Positions 28,052 through 42,240 of a DNA stretch of 64,000 bases are shown here, one piece after another. Position numbers and translations under genes: made by a program. The notes under the pieces were generated by a model that searched no databases, had not been told where the DNA came from, and saw nothing but the letters and a program-made list of their open reading frames with translations. Origin of the DNA: Octopus sinensis (taxonomy: Eukaryota); NCBI RefSeq assembly GCF_006345805.1, contig NC_043002.1, forward strand, positions 92,876,001 through 92,940,000, written 5' to 3'. How positions within the stretch are numbered: position 1 is the first letter of the stretch; the number at the start of each line of letters is the position of its first letter.

Positions 28052-28329
28052 GTTACACGGGAAGACGACGAAGGAACATACAGGTAACAGGAAAAACATT
28101 CAAAGACATGAACACGCTCATATTTCATCAGTTATCGACCAAAATTCCTCACAATTTCGACGCCTAATTGATAATGTTGTTCATTTTGGTGGTGAGATAT
28201 ACATGAGCGGACATAAAGGATTGAATAAATACAAAAAAAAAAAAAACAGTGACTGTAGACCGAACGGTAACATACAAAAAAGAAACTATAAAAGCAAGGG
28301 CGATGACTAATATAAGCGGAACTTAAAAT

Positions 28330-28700
28330 TTAAAACTGCCACGCAGTTAGAACACAACAGGTCAAATATTGTTGTGTGGTGCCACAAGGAAAAACTATGT
28401 TCTGTTGTGGAAATCAGCAGCACTCTGGACACCAATGTGGTTAGAAAAATAGCAGAGAAAGAGGCCATCTATGAACCATTAATAAGGAGTTTACAAATCT
28501 AATACCAAAGGCACACGTTCAGTTTCATACCGATTATTATTGGAGTAACAGGATACATGCCAACCGGTCTGGAGTAAAGTATGGCTGAACTTGGGTTCTT
28601 GGGTTGAGAACGCAAATCTTTAATTCATATACTACAAATGATCACGACATCTGGGATTATAAAAATCTGCGAGAGCTTGTTAAGATTTAGAGGATGATGA
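28330..28700 (+). mobile_element. R4/Dong-like LINE endonuclease/C-terminal fragment (second subfamily)
   Basis: LEHNRSNIVVWCHKEKLCSVVEIS...KIAEKEAIY...FIPIIIGVTGY...KICESLLRF. Confidence 0.65.
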
Positions 28701-28848
28701 ACAAAACAAGATGGTTTCCTTTACAACCTCATGGGATTATGCACAATACACAATTATAAAGATTGTCTTCTCAGTTATACAATAAATACCTGGAGGTCTT
28801 CAACGCTTAGATAAATCAATGTTGAAAAAATTTTTTCCTTTCCTCAAG

Positions 28849-29043
28849 TAGACGCAGGAGTGGCTGTATGGTAAGTAGCTTGCTTACCAGCCACATGGTT
28901 CCGGGTTCAGTCCCACTGCGTGGCATCTTGGGCAAGTGTCTTCTACTATAGCCTTGGGACGACCAAAGCCTTGGGAGTGGATTTGGTAGACAGAAACTGA
29001 AAGAAGCACGTCGTATATATGTATATGTGTGTGTGTGTGTGTG

Positions 29044-29100
<57 letters not shown>

Positions 29101-29295
29101 GTGTGTGTGTGCGTGCGTGTGTTTGCCCCCAACATCGCTTGACAACCGATGCTGATGTGTAACTTAGCGGTTCGGCATAAAGAGACCGATAGAATAATTA
29201 CTAGGCTTACAAAGAATAAGTCCTGGGGTCGATTTGGTCGACTAAAGGCGGTGCCCCAGCATAACCGCAGTCAAATGACTGAAACAAGTAAAATG
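28849..29295 (+). mobile_element. SINE family A, full length
   Basis: agacgcaggagtggctg head to tgactgaaacaagtaaaa tail. Confidence 0.9.
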
Positions 29296-29397
29296 AGTAA
29301 ATATCAAATCGTTCTTCTCGTAACTGAGGTTTTAAGGACTTTTGGCCAAAAGAGTGCAGCACATTATCCTCATCTGGTCGAGCTTGCTCGGACATCT

Positions 29398-29700
29398 TTA
29401 ACCCGTACATGCCACCCATCTCGGTCCTGCATTAGTTGAGGAAAATCTCAGGGGGCATCCAGTGTCTCTGGTGAGTTCATCTACATACGTTGTGTTCGGA
29501 TGACCTGCTCCTGTATGGCCATGCCGTGGCATGCATAACAGTAAGCCACTCGCCAGCCCTTGTTTAGCAGGCCAGTAATGTCCTGCAAAGCGCAAGCACC
29601 TTTCTCTCATAATGGTGAAAACAGGCAGGAGATCTCCGTACAGCTGTTTCTCGAAGGGCTGAGTCATTCATGATATGTGTAAGACTGCTCTTAACACTCG
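29398..29700 (-). mobile_element. RTE-group LINE C-terminal fragment
   Basis: RERCLRFAGHYW...GAGHPNTTYVDELTRDTG resembles RTE C-termini (LRFAGH...GRP..TY). Confidence 0.55.
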
Positions 29701-30338
29701 GGTGTTAGTTTCATCTAGCTTGGATTCCACTTCTTTTTGTAAACGACTAGAGTGTTGCTCTATGTATAAGGACTAACACTACTGTTGCACGGAAAAAATT
29801 CCTCTTGAGGTTGTCTGACAGAGTTGATTTCTTCTTATTTTGATAATTATACTTGATTATGTTCTAGCCCGAAATACTGTTCATATTTGTCTATCATCTT
29901 AGAGTATGTAGCAAAAGGAGCATCATTTGTGTTTAATCATCCTATCATTAGTTCTCCTTCATAGCGTCTTGATCTAAATCAAAACTTTCATCTGCAACCT
30001 CCATTATGAATCGTAGTATGTAAAGTAACAAATATTCTTCTCAAGACGAATAGAAAACCATCGACCCTACAATCAGCATCATCACACAAAACCAAACAAA
30101 CAATTTATCTGTCATCCATTTCGGAATTTTGCAGAAGGTTAGCCATCATCCACTAAGCAATGAATCCAATTAAAATTTGCCACTCCTGTCTGAGTGATCA
30201 CTCCAACAGATGTCTATTGAAATATCGCTATCACACGATGTCACAAATACGTAGAGACAAAACAATTACCAGTTTAGAAAACTGTCCTACCGTCTATGGA
30301 AATACCGCGATATCACATCCCTTACACACACACACACA

Positions 30339-30407
<69 letters not shown>

Positions 30408-30879
30408 ACACACACACATACATACATAAATACACACTAACACACACAGACGCCAAAACATATTTGATATTTAGCTAGCTGTCATGACAACTCCACTTAA
30501 TAGCTGAGAAGCATGCACCATATACAGAAAATCTGATCAATATCTTGGACGCATTCCATATATGTTGCTTCTCTAAATATTCCATAACCATGGAATCGTA
30601 GTGTGTAAAATTACAAAAATCCTATGTGTAACAATTTCTGCAACCAAATCATTCATATTTCATTTTATTCTGTTTCATTACATTATTTCACGGCACAAAA
30701 TCTCTGGATTGGATTAACTCATTCGAATGCACAAATCCAGATTACTGTGGTCAGTGTTATATAGCCAAGTATATTTAAGTACAACAATAAGAAAGATTAC
30801 ATCATTTTCTAATTACATATATGTGTGTGTGCGAGTGCGTGTGTGTGTATGTATGTATGCATATATGTATGTATATGTG

Positions 30880-30919
<40 letters not shown>

Positions 30920-31000
30920 TCTTACACAGGATTAATGGAATATTTGATTTATTACAGAAATTATGTCGCATAAGTATTATTATTATTATTATCATTATTA

Positions 31001-31051
<51 letters not shown>

Positions 31052-31185
31052 GTCTACACTAGTAGATAATAATTTCCGTATATTTTGAGTAAATATCTTT
31101 TACAGTCGCTTCGTATTGATCAATGCCTCATGAGATGAATGTGGTTGTCAGAATCTATTTAGAAGCGCGTCGAGTATGTGTGTGT

Positions 31186-31222
<37 letters not shown>

Positions 31223-31224
31223 CA

Positions 31225-31505
31225 CCGTGAACACCGTGACCGACCAGGTTATTAGATCTTGCTACACATCGCTGGTCACAATGCGCTTCGCATTGCTTTA
31301 GCCTTCAAATGACGCCACCCCGCTGGCTAAGCGAGTAGGCCAACAGAAGAAAGAGTGAGAGAAAGTTGGAGCGAAAGAATACAACAGGTGTCGCTACCAC
31401 CCCCTGCCGGAGCCTCGTGGAGCTTTAGGTGTTTTCGCTCAATAAACACTCACAACGCCCGGTCTGGGAATCGAAACCGCGAGTCCGCTGCCTTAACCAC
31501 TGGAC
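31225..31505 (-). mobile_element. SINE family B (tail 2)
   Basis: Same head as B, different tail cgcttagccagcggggtggcgtcatt... Confidence 0.75.
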
Positions 31506-31542
31506 CATATATATATATATGTATATATATATGTGTGTGTGT

Positions 31543-31592
<50 letters not shown>

Positions 31593-31920
31593 ATTGTATA
31601 GGGTACAATTATACTTAAGAGCACAGAAGTTATCCTGCCTATATGCTGAAAGAAGACGCCAAATACTTCTTGCCACCTCAAGTGTTCACTATTCATATAT
31701 TACACAAGTTGAAAGCGGGAAACTAGACTCACTAAAAATTCATTAAATATTTCAGACAGTTTTATCTTGATCAATTTCTAGATTAGTTTGGTAACTCTTC
31801 GTTCATCAGCAAAACATACTGAGCGAAATAAATGAAAATATCTATACATACCGTCAGATGAACATACGCAAAATACGAGTACATACAAGTATTCACAATA
31901 AGATATATATATGCATTCAA

Positions 31921-32126
31921 AATGTGACCGCGTGTGTACCGTTGGCGATTTTTTTTCCTCCATCTTCCTTTCTTTGGTTCTTTCCTTTTCCTATGTTTCT
32001 GACGAAGAGCTATGCTCGAAACGTTAAACCCTCCTTCTTTCCTTCTTTCCTGAGCGTCCAATAATACTATACTTGTTCCACGTCCTCGCGTTGCTGTGTT
32101 TTCTCTTTGTGTTTTCATGTTTGGAT

Positions 32127-32131
<5 letters not shown>
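31921..32131 (+). mobile_element. Penelope-like element 3' (pLTR) remnant followed by (TA)n
   Basis: Homologous to 13172-13378. Confidence 0.6.
31995..32029 (+). ncRNA. Minimal type I hammerhead ribozyme-like motif
   Basis: GTTT CTGACGA A GAGC TAT GCTC GAA ACGT T AAAC. Confidence 0.5.
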
Positions 32132-32157
<26 letters not shown>

Positions 32158-32619
32158 TTGCCATTTTCGTCTCTTAGTGCTTTGAAGGAGTAATTTCTAC
32201 CGCGCTAAAGCGAAGCATACCGGTGAATAAGCAAAACACATACATTGTGTATGTTCGGTCAATAATATATGTATTAGGTATAAAGTCAGGGTGTTATATT
32301 GAATGCCGTACTCAATAAGTTCTTAATGTTTCTTTTTTTTTTTTTGTTCTTTGAAATGCTTGAGTACAAAAACAAGCTGGTATCTCGTACAGGTGGAATA
32401 TTGCGAAATGTTGTGATCTCGGCTACTCATAAGTCATAGAAACCTGATAACCACTCTATGAATTCTAGGAGTCGAGACCATAAATTCCTAGGAATGGTGA
32501 TGAGAGAAATGACTCAAGGCAGCCAATAACAGGTGTTTGGTGTACAATTAAAATTAGAAACCACCTGAGGGTCCATGCGCTGCAAGATAGGGGTGGTGTT
32601 ACGTGAAAGGTACAGAACT

Positions 32620-33878
32620 TATGTAAATTTAAATTCGTCCAGGATATCATCTTCGAATTTAGTAGGGTGAGCAGGAGCATTGTCAAGGATGAGAAGGGCC
32701 TTGAGAGGAAGACTGTTCTCCAGAAGGTACTTTTTCACTGCTGGTCCGAAGACAATGTTGACCCACTCGGAGAAGAACTGCCTGATGACCCAGGCTTTAA
32801 CGTTTGCCCTCCACATGATCTGCAGCTTCTCCTTCGCGATTTTGTGTGACTTGAACACTCGTGTGTTTTCAGAATGGTAGACAAGAAGCCGCTTAGTCCC
32901 CACTTGCATTGGCACAAAAGGTGAGAGTTAGCCTATCTTTCATAGGTTTGTGGCCTGGCATTTTCTTCTCTGCAATTATTTAGGTTCTTCTAAGCATTTT
33001 CCCCAAAAAACTGGCCAGTTTTGTCACAGATGACTACCTGAAGTGCGATGTACCCTTCGGCTGCGATGAGCTGATGGCATTCAAGCACGAAATCTTCAGT
33101 TGCCTTAGTGTCAGAACTCGCTACTTCTCCATACCTGACGACGCAATGAACACCAGTCCTCTTCTTGAAATTATCAAACCAGTCACAACTGGCCTTAAAT
33201 GCGTTTGCTGATGTCTCCTCCGTCGATGTTCCAGGGTTCTGCTTCAGGAGATTCCATATACGCTCGTGCTTTCTCGCAGATCGTATCCCCTGCGAGTTAC
33301 TTCTCGCTGATCCACAGGAGAAGCATTTTTACCATCCTTTCGTGGACAGATGTTCGTTGCTTAGAGAGCCTGGAGACACCCTTTGCTGTTGTAACGGCCT
33401 TGATCTCGTCCTTTTTCTTCGGGATGGTGCAGAACGTCGACGTGCCTCGGTCGTATTGACGTGCTACGCCCATTACACGCACTCCTCACATTTTTATCAA
33501 TGATTTCTTTCTTCAATTCTATTGTAATAACCTTTTCCTTCTTCTCAACACTATCGTTTGCACTAACTTTCTTAGGACCCATGGCTAATACAACTAATTA
33601 TTACAAAATGATAGCAAAAAATGCCCAAAACTAAACAAAAACACTGGGAAAAACACAACAGTTATGCTGCCCACAGCGAGATAAACACGTGAACTGAGCG
33701 TGCGGAGACTGCGGTTGTTGGGAGAGCGTGTGCGAGTTCAGCGCCGACTAGCGGTCGCTTGTATGAAACTAGCTCGTACTGTGGATTTCCACTCGAACTT
33801 CAAGACAAAAATCGCACGAGCCGCGGCACCTACAGCAAATTACTCGTACAACGGTGCACTGGTACGACGTGGTTTTAC

Positions 33879-33880
<2 letters not shown>
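32620..33880 (-). mobile_element. Tigger/pogo (TIGD1-like) DNA transposon remnant
   Basis: Frameshifted MGPKKVS...ITIELKKEII, VARQYDR.TST.CTI, WRANVKAWV...KALLILDNAPAHP; 5' TIR CAGTAAAACCACG ending at 33880. Confidence 0.9.
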
Positions 33881-33959
<79 letters not shown>

Positions 33960-34282
33960 ACGGAATTCTTTCAGTTTCCGTCTAAGGTTATAGTAGACGA
34001 CACTTTGCCAAGGTGCCACTCAGTGGGACTGAAACTGGAACCATGCAGTTGGGAAGCAAGTATTTTTACAACACAGCCATGTTGACAACTTCTCAGAGAA
34101 CATACATAGTTGAAGTATAACCAATTTATTGCAGATAAATTTTAAAAACCTGGGTCCATACGTTGAGGACCACTGGTATACAGGTTCCCTCATTCATATC
34201 AATGAAAAAGTAATATTAAATGCGACATGAGTGTGAAGAACATGCGACATATGATGTAGATCTAGAGTGTTACAACATGAAT

Positions 34283-34669
34283 GTGGAGGCGCAATGGCCC
34301 AGTGGTTAGGGCAGCGGACTCGCAGTCGTAGGATCGCGGTTTCGATTCCCAGACCGGGCGTTGTGAGTGTTTATTGAGCGAAAACACCTAAAGTTCCACG
34401 AGGCTCCGGCAGGGATGGTGGTGATCTCGGCTGTACTCTTTCACCACAACTTTCTCTCACTCTTACTTCCTGTTTCTGTTGTACCTGTATTTCAAAGGGC
34501 CGGCCTTGTCACTCTCTATGTCACGCTGAATACCCCCGAGAACTACGTTAAGGGTACACGTGTCTGTGGAGTACTCAGCCACTTACACGTTAATTTCACG
34601 AGCAGGCTGTTCTGTTGATTCGGATCAACCGGAACCCTCGTCGTCGTAACCGACGGAGTGCTTCCATCC
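34283..34669 (+). mobile_element. SINE family B (tail 1), full length with TSD
   Basis: TSD ACAACATGAAT at 34272-34282 and 34670-34680. Confidence 0.9.
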
Positions 34670-35457
34670 ACAACATGAATGGAGAACTAATTACTTCGTT
34701 CATAAGTTGTACAAAATTAACAAAGAATAATAATATCAATGACGATGACGATGGTCATATTGTGTTAGGCGTCTCTTTTACGGACGTTAGACATGTTCTG
34801 CCAATTGTTAGAAGATTCACAGAAAGAGAACTGTTAAAGTTTTAGCAGTTTTTTTGCCGTTGAAGAAGACTTGTAATGAATCGACATCAGCTGGAAATCG
34901 TAGATAGTCGAAGTTTGCAGATTTTATCAATTGGATAGCATAATGACATTTAAAATGTGCAAACTACTAATGTCTCACATGTTGAGTCTTGTACAGGAAA
35001 TGGATTAAAACATGGTTACTTGAATAAACAAAAGCAGCATACAGCCACTGAAAAACGTAAGAAATAATTAATATAGTAGATCGATAAAATATGTCGTTTG
35101 AATGTGAACGAGTCGATCCGTGATAATTTTCTAATACATGAAACAAAAAAATATTATTTCCTGCCGTTTCAAACCAACATTTCTTTGTTTAAAACAAAAT
35201 GCGTACAAAACAGAGTAATGTTTTTTTAAAAAGATTTTTGTTCTTATTTCATTCTGTAATCCATACATGTATAATATAACCACAATATAGCAGCGACTAA
35301 ACTGATCAGGTTAACTGCATAGAAATTGAATCAGGGATCTTTCATAATGGCTTGTATAATACGTACATACATACATACATACATACATACATACATACAC
35401 ACACACACACGCACCCATACATACATACATACATACATACATACATACATACATACA

Positions 35458-35487
<30 letters not shown>

Positions 35488-35490
<3 letters not shown>

Positions 35491-35830
35491 GCATAAAGTT
35501 GAAGATCAGTGAAAAAGAGAACACCTATGCTGAACTATTGAGAAATCTACAGTTACTCTATCCAGATTACAAGTTCAGGTTTATACCTGTAATTATTGGG
35601 GCGCTGAGATATGTAACACACTGCCTAAATACGAATCTTGAGAAATTAGCTTTCTCAAAACCAGAAAGGAGAAAGATAATTCGAACACTACAGATCCAAA
35701 CCCATCACTGGAACTGTAAATATCTGTAAAACTTTCCAGAAGTTTATCATTTAAATATATATGAGCATGTCTAGATATGTAACTCTATGCGTGAGAATGC
35801 ATACATAAAACATACAAATCTGCACATGCA
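35488..35830 (+). mobile_element. R4/Dong-like LINE 3' fragment flanked by (CATA)n
   Basis: KISEKENTYAELLRNLQLLYPDYKFRFIPVIIGAL...; (CATA)n on both sides. Confidence 0.75.
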
Positions 35831-36057
35831 TACATACATGCATGCGTACATACATACATACATACATACATACATACATACATACATACATACATACATA
35901 CACATACATACATACATACATACATACAAAAAGACTCTGCTGTTGATGTTGAAATTCCAATGAAGGAGCCTTGGATCTAGGTTAGAAACCGGTTCTTTAT
36001 TGGCAAGAATTCTTGAAATAAACTGAATAATGACATACATACATACATACATACATA

Positions 36058-36290
36058 CTTGATAAGGAGTTTGCAAATACAGTACCCAAAATACACTTTC
36101 ACTTCCATACCTATTATTATTGGAGCAAACAGGATACATACCAACCCGTCTGGAACAAGGTATGGCTGAACTTAGGATCTCGGAGAGACAACGCAAATCC
36201 CCAATTGATACGCTACAAATGATCAAGATATCAAGGACTCTGAATATCTACAAGATCTTAAGATTTAAAGGATGATGGTTAAAACAAGTT
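36058..36290 (+). mobile_element. R4/Dong-like LINE 3' fragment (same subfamily as 28.3 kb)
   Basis: Near-collinear with 28480-28700; preceded directly by (CATA)n. Confidence 0.65.
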
Positions 36291-36412
36291 CATATATATA
36301 TGCATAGGGTATGTGCGTATATAGACGTGGTTTACTCTTTGTATACTCCCTTGTGCCTTTTTTTTTCTGTATTGATGCCCTTAGATAGACAGATAGATAG
36401 ATAGATAGATAG

Positions 36413-36559
<147 letters not shown>

Positions 36560-37039
36560 CACTTCAACTAGCTCACCTTCCACGTACACATCCACACTAA
36601 GTATAAAATAATTTCTTGTTTCTTCAAACCAACAAAATCACTGGACTTCAAAATGTCCCTTCGATTAACTCAAACACTGCAACCCAGAGTTATCTCACAT
36701 ATTCCTCTACTCCCCCCCCCCACTCTCTCTCTAATGACCAAAGGCTTTCGTGAACCAGGTGTAACAGAAATCCACTCTCCTATGCTATTTACCAGTGATC
36801 GTAATCATCGAGAACTTTGCTGAAAACAATGCTGTTTTGCTCAACGTTAGCAAATTTTTGAAGGTGGCTGACACACAAACCCAAGGCAACCACTAACCAC
36901 AACAACCAATCCTTCTTCCCCAGACATCATTCGTCTGATGATCCCTCCTTGCCTGGTTGTTCAAGAGGAACATTCACTACGTTAGTTCTATTTATCTCAG
37001 AGTAGCTGAGATCATATACACAGTCGCTTTATAGAATAA

Positions 37040-37412
37040 ATAGCTTGCTAACCAACCACATGGTTCCGGGTTCAGTCCCACTGCGTGGCATCTTGGACAA
37101 GTGTCTTCTGTTATAGCCCCGGGCCGACCAATGCCTTGTTAGTGGATTTGGTAGACGGAAACTGAAAGAAGCCCGTCGTATATATGTATGTATATATATA
37201 TATGTGTGTGTTTGTGTGTCTGTGTTTGTCCCCCTAGCATTGCTTGACAACCGATGCTGGTGTGTTTACGTCCCCGTCACTTAGCGGTTCGGCAAAAGAG
37301 ACCGATAGAATAAGTACTGGGCTTACAAAGAATAAGTCCCGGGGTCGATTTGCTCGACTAATGGCGGTGCTCCAGCATGGCCGCAGTCAAATGACTGAAA
37401 CAAGTAAAGAGT
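37040..37412 (+). mobile_element. SINE family A
   Basis: Head to tail similarity with the other A copies. Confidence 0.85.
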
Positions 37413-37465
37413 ACATCCCTACCACCAGACTAAACCAATAATTATGTCATGAAATGCCACATGCA

Positions 37466-37870
37466 GTGACACATTCTCCAGCGGCAACTTGGTGTGTTCG
37501 GCTACCAAGTCCAGGCTTCGCTGCTCGTCAGGCTGACAAAAGCAAACTGCCAAGATATCGGTTGCTATCTGACAGGTTTATAGTCGAGCTTGTGACAGCG
37601 GAGACCTCCGGCGTTCTTGGTCCCCGAACCATATCTCTGCTCACCACTACCGGAGAGGAGATGACTGTCCGCAAGTGCGAGCGGCCCACCCCGGCGAAAC
37701 TTGTAAAGGGGCGGCACTTTTGAGGTTGCTGTAGGCAATATATGTTTTTATGGGGTTCGGGGGCGGCAAACAGAAGGACCGCCCGGGCGGCACACACTCT
37801 AGCTATACTAGTGCCCGTGAGCCAGAGTGGTTGTTCCAGCGCATTTCCCTCGCCATCCTCCGGGACTACC
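37466..37870 (+). mobile_element. CRE-clade non-LTR retrotransposon endonuclease fragment, interrupted at about 37686-37812 by a hAT-like end fragment
   Basis: TCSDTFS...AARQADKSK..RY...AETSGVLGP...REPEWLFQRISLAILR matches the CRE-type C-terminus (ETLG..G...QRLSIAI). Confidence 0.65.
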
Positions 37871-39237
37871 CTTGCTCCATTTTATCTCCTGGGACTATGA
37901 AACGGTCTGAATTACAGGTAATCGAAAGAATAAAGGTAGGCTTTGCTGTGTGGTTAAGAAGCTCGCTTTGCAACGACTTGATTTCGGGTTCAGTCTCACT
38001 GCGCGACACCGTAAGCAAAAAGTCTCCTACTATAGTCCCGGGGTCGACCAAAGCCATTGTGAGTAGATTTAGTAGAGGAAAAAACTGCGTGGAGTCCCGT
38101 CTTATATATATGTCTGTACGTGTTTGTGCGCATGTCTGTGTGCCTGTGTATCTGTGTGTATTTCTTTTCCTCACTTCACTACTTGACAACCATGGTTGGT
38201 TTGTTTACGTCCCCGTAAACTAGCAGTTTGGTAAAGGGAGCCGAGAGAATAGGTTCCAGACTTAAAAATAACAAGAACTGGAGTCGATCTGTTCGTCTAA
38301 AAACCCTTTTGTTGTTGTTGTTGTTCTTCTTCTTCTTCTTCTTTTTCTTCTTCTTCTACTTCTTCTTCTTCTTCTTCTTCTTCGTCGTCGTCGTCGTCTT
38401 CTTCTTCCTTAATCTTCAGATGGGCCACCATCGAGCATACCTATGATCACAGGTGTTCTACTTGTGAACATCCCGTCTTCATTTCAGTCTTCAGACTATA
38501 CGCGTACCAAAAAAAGTAACATCAATTATCCAATGTGTCCTTCCTTCTTTTAATATGGTTATATGCGATTCGAGGGATATTTTAATGCTATTTCTAGCAA
38601 GACTAGCGACTACACGCAGTCTCCCTTCGTTGACAAGATCTATGGTTGCAAGGATCGTTCATACCATTTTATGTCCTTTTATAATTTATTCTTATCAGAT
38701 ACTTTTCAGTGAACGGCCTCTGAGATAGCATCATGGCGCCACTATAATCGCGTCTAAAGTCATCGGAATCCTTAGAGATTTCAGCCAATGCATAGGATAT
38801 TTGGCATTTCGGTATAAATACATCCTCCCAACTCGTCTAGATAAATGGCTAACTAAACTGTGAGTCAACATTAGAAAATAATGTTTCCGAAATCGCACGG
38901 CTTCGAAACCTGTTGTGCATAGCTCCTTTCACAGCAACAAGTGATATGTGTGTGTGTGTGTGTGTGTGTGTGTTTATATACTATAGTAGCAACGTATAAG
39001 AATAACGTTAACAATAACAATAATGGTTTCAAATTTTACCACGAGGGCAGCAATTTTGGAGGAGGGGATGAATCCATTACATGGACCCCAGTGTTCAACT
39101 GGTATTTATTTTATCGACCTCGAAAGGGATGAAAGGTAACCTTGACATCGGCGGAATTTGAACTCAGAAAGTAAAGCCGGACTAAATGTTGCTGAGCATT
39201 TTGTCCGGCGTGTCAACGATTCTGTCACCTCAACGCC

Positions 39238-39307
<70 letters not shown>

Positions 39308-39319
39308 CCTTTCTACTAA

Positions 39320-39700
39320 ATATACAAGGCCTGAAATTTGATGAGAGTGGACTACTCAATTACATCGACCCCAGCGTTTCTCTGTTACTTATTTTATCGA
39401 CTCCGAAAGGATGAAAAGCAAAGTCGACATCAGCAGAATTTGAACTCAGAACTTTATGACGGACGAAATACCTATTTCTTTACTACCCACAAGGGGCTAA
39501 ACACAGAGAGGACAAACAAGGACAGACAAACGGATTAAGTCGATTATATCGACCCCAGTGCGTAACTGGTACTTATTTAATCGACCCCGAAAGGATGAAA
39601 GGTAAAGTCGACCTCAGCAGAACTCAGAACATTATGACGGACAAAATACCGCTAAGCATTTTACCCGGAGTGCTAACGTTTCTGCCAGCTCGCCGCCATA
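39320..39700 (-). mobile_element. SINE family C tandem units
   Basis: Reverse complement of the C core and tail. Confidence 0.8.
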
Positions 39701-39942
39701 ACAACAATAATATTGACTAGCGGGACCAGTGAATATTTCATGGAATTAATGGTGAATTAATGGGTTATTTCACAAAACTTTATCCAAAAATCCTGGAAGC
39801 GTAGCATGTGTTGTGTCTGTATCAAAAGGCAGTCACTTATCTGCTAATCATTGAAAAGTGAAGGAAACTGGAATACAATGATTACTTAAAGCACTTTATA
39901 TATATTATATACTTTATACGCAATTTTATAGACACAGCACTC

Positions 39943-40158
39943 GGATCTTTTCGGTTTGAACGGCAGTTTTTAACATAACTTCTAGGTAAACTTCGTATAC
40001 TGGTAGAATGTGTTTATAAAACATCTTTTTCTCTTGACTTTATTGAGAAAATTCTATAGTTTGTAAGATATTTGTTGGTTTTATTTGTATACGAAGTTAA
40101 ACATTTTTTAGTTACCTAGAAATTATGTTAAAAACTGCCGTTCAAACCGAAAAGATCC
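39943..40158. mobile_element. Palindromic derivative of the Merlin-like MITE made of two right ends
   Basis: Both arms match the same (right) end of the 22676-23113 element; no TSD seen. Confidence 0.7.
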
Positions 40159-40477
40159 AAAAAGTGTAACTAGCTGTAAACAGGTATTATGAGGCGGTAC
40201 AAGACAGCACTACATGAAGCATAAAATTGCACAACTAACAAGTGCTTCGTTAATTCAAAAACTTGAGTTTACTTCCTCTTTCGATTATAAAGAGGTTTGC
40301 GAGGCGAAAAACCTTTTAATGAATAAAAAAATTATATTTAGACGCAGGTGTGGTTGTTTGGCAGGTAACTTGTTTCTTAAAGACATTGTTCCGGGTTCAG
40401 CCCAACTGCATGCAGTCTTGAGCAAGCGTCCTACTATAGACTCGGGCCGACCAAAGCTTCGTGAATTGATTCGGTAG

Positions 40478-40893
40478 ACGGCGGCGAGCTGGCAGAAACG
40501 TTAACACGCTGGGAGAAATGCGTAGCCGTATTTCGTCTGCCGTTACGTTCTGAGTTCAAATTCTGCCGAGGCCGACGTTGCCTTTCATCCTTTCGGGGTC
40601 GATAAATTAAGTACCAGTTAAGCACTGTGGTCGATGTAATCGACTTAATCCGTTTGTCTGTCCTTGTTTGTTTCCTCTGTGTTTAGCCCATTGTGGGTAA
40701 TAAAGAAATAGGTATTTTGTCTGCTGTTAAGTTCTGAGTTCAAATTCCGCCGAGGTCGACTTTGCCTTTCATCCTTTCGGGGTCGATAAATTAAATACCA
40801 GTTACGCACTGGGGTCGATGTAATCGACTTAATCCGTTTGTCTGTCCTTTTTTATCCCCTCCATGTTTAGCCCCTTGTGGGCAATAAAGAAAT
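40478..40893 (+). mobile_element. SINE family C dimer inserted in a SINE A
   Basis: SINE A reads ...ggtagacg | C dimer | gaaactgaaa... Confidence 0.8.
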
Positions 40894-40931
40894 AGGAAAC
40901 TGAAAAAAGCCAGTCGTATATATATATATAA

Positions 40932-40971
<40 letters not shown>

Positions 40972-41262
40972 GTGTGTGTGTCTTTGTGTCTGTGTTTGTC
41001 TCCCACCACCGCTTGACAACCGGTACTGGGTTGTTTACATCCCGTATCTTAGCGGTTCGGCAAAAAAGAAACCGTTAGAATAAGAACCAGGCATTAAAAA
41101 ATGTGTACTGCAGTCGATTCATTCAACTAAAAGTCCTTCACGGTGGTGCTCCAGCATGGCCGCAGCCAAATGACTAAAACAGATAATAAAGAAAAGGAAA
41201 AGATGAAAAGATTTCTTTTAACTAAATACAACTACATGTTTGTTTCACTAATAACAGTATAT

Positions 41263-41568
41263 CACGTGATCATGTGACCGACCAGACCATCAGATGTAGT
41301 TACACATCGCTGGTCACAATGCGTTCGCATTGTTTTAGCCTTCGAATGACGCCACCCCGCTGGCTAAGCGAGCAGGCCGACAGAAGAAAGAGTGGGAGAA
41401 AGTTGTGGCGAAAGAGTACAGCAGGGATCACCACCCCCTGCCGCAGCGTCGTGGAACTTTTAGGTGTTTTCGCTCAATAAACACTCACAACGCCCGATCT
41501 GGGAATCGAAACCGCGATCCTGCCACCGCGAGTCCGCTGCCCTAACCACTAGGCCATTGCGCCTCCAC
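41263..41568 (-). mobile_element. SINE family B (tail 2), full length with TSD
   Basis: TSD AATAACAGTATAT at 41250-41262 and 41569-41581. Confidence 0.85.
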
Positions 41569-41920
41569 AATAACAGTATATAGTAGATTTAATCGACTGG
41601 AATACATCTCGGGATTTGAACTCAACGGCCAGAGACTCTGAGGAAGTAACGAATTACACACATTAAAATATATACGTCCGAACTCTTCAGTATTTTCACT
41701 GGCCTTGGAAGAAATGAGAAACTCAACAAGTAAGATAATGGCTGCATACATTTTTTATCAATGTTATTTTTTTTTTGTCCTATCCTTGATTAATTGGTTC
41801 TTATCTGAATCTTATCTCTTATGAATTCCAATGATTTCAGACCAAGTAATACATCCACTCTTGCTGTACTGTTCAAATGTTCTTCCTGTAGTACAACGGA
41901 TATTTTTCCCATATTTGTTT

Positions 41921-42150
41921 AACACACGAGAGGGTGTTGAAAAGTTCCTGTCTTTTGGGTAAAAGAAAATACACGAGGATCAGTTTATTATGATTTTACT
42001 CAACATATTCCCCTCTCAGATTCACACACATGTTGCAGCGGTCCTTCAGCTTTTCTAAACCCTGTAAAAGAACTCGGAAAGTTGGGCCTCCAACCAGACC
42101 TTTCATAGTACCTTTAAAGTCAGGAACTTTTCAGCACCTCCTCATGTGTT
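41921..42150. mobile_element. mariner-like MITE
   Basis: gagggtgttgaaaagttcctg / caggaacttttcagcacctcctc inverted ends. Confidence 0.65.
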
Positions 42151-42240
42151 TTATTTATTCTTAAACACTTCTAAGTTAGTACTGACAGTGTATTATAGTT
42201 AAAATATCTTCAAGCAATGTAGATCAGTTATTAAGGTTAC

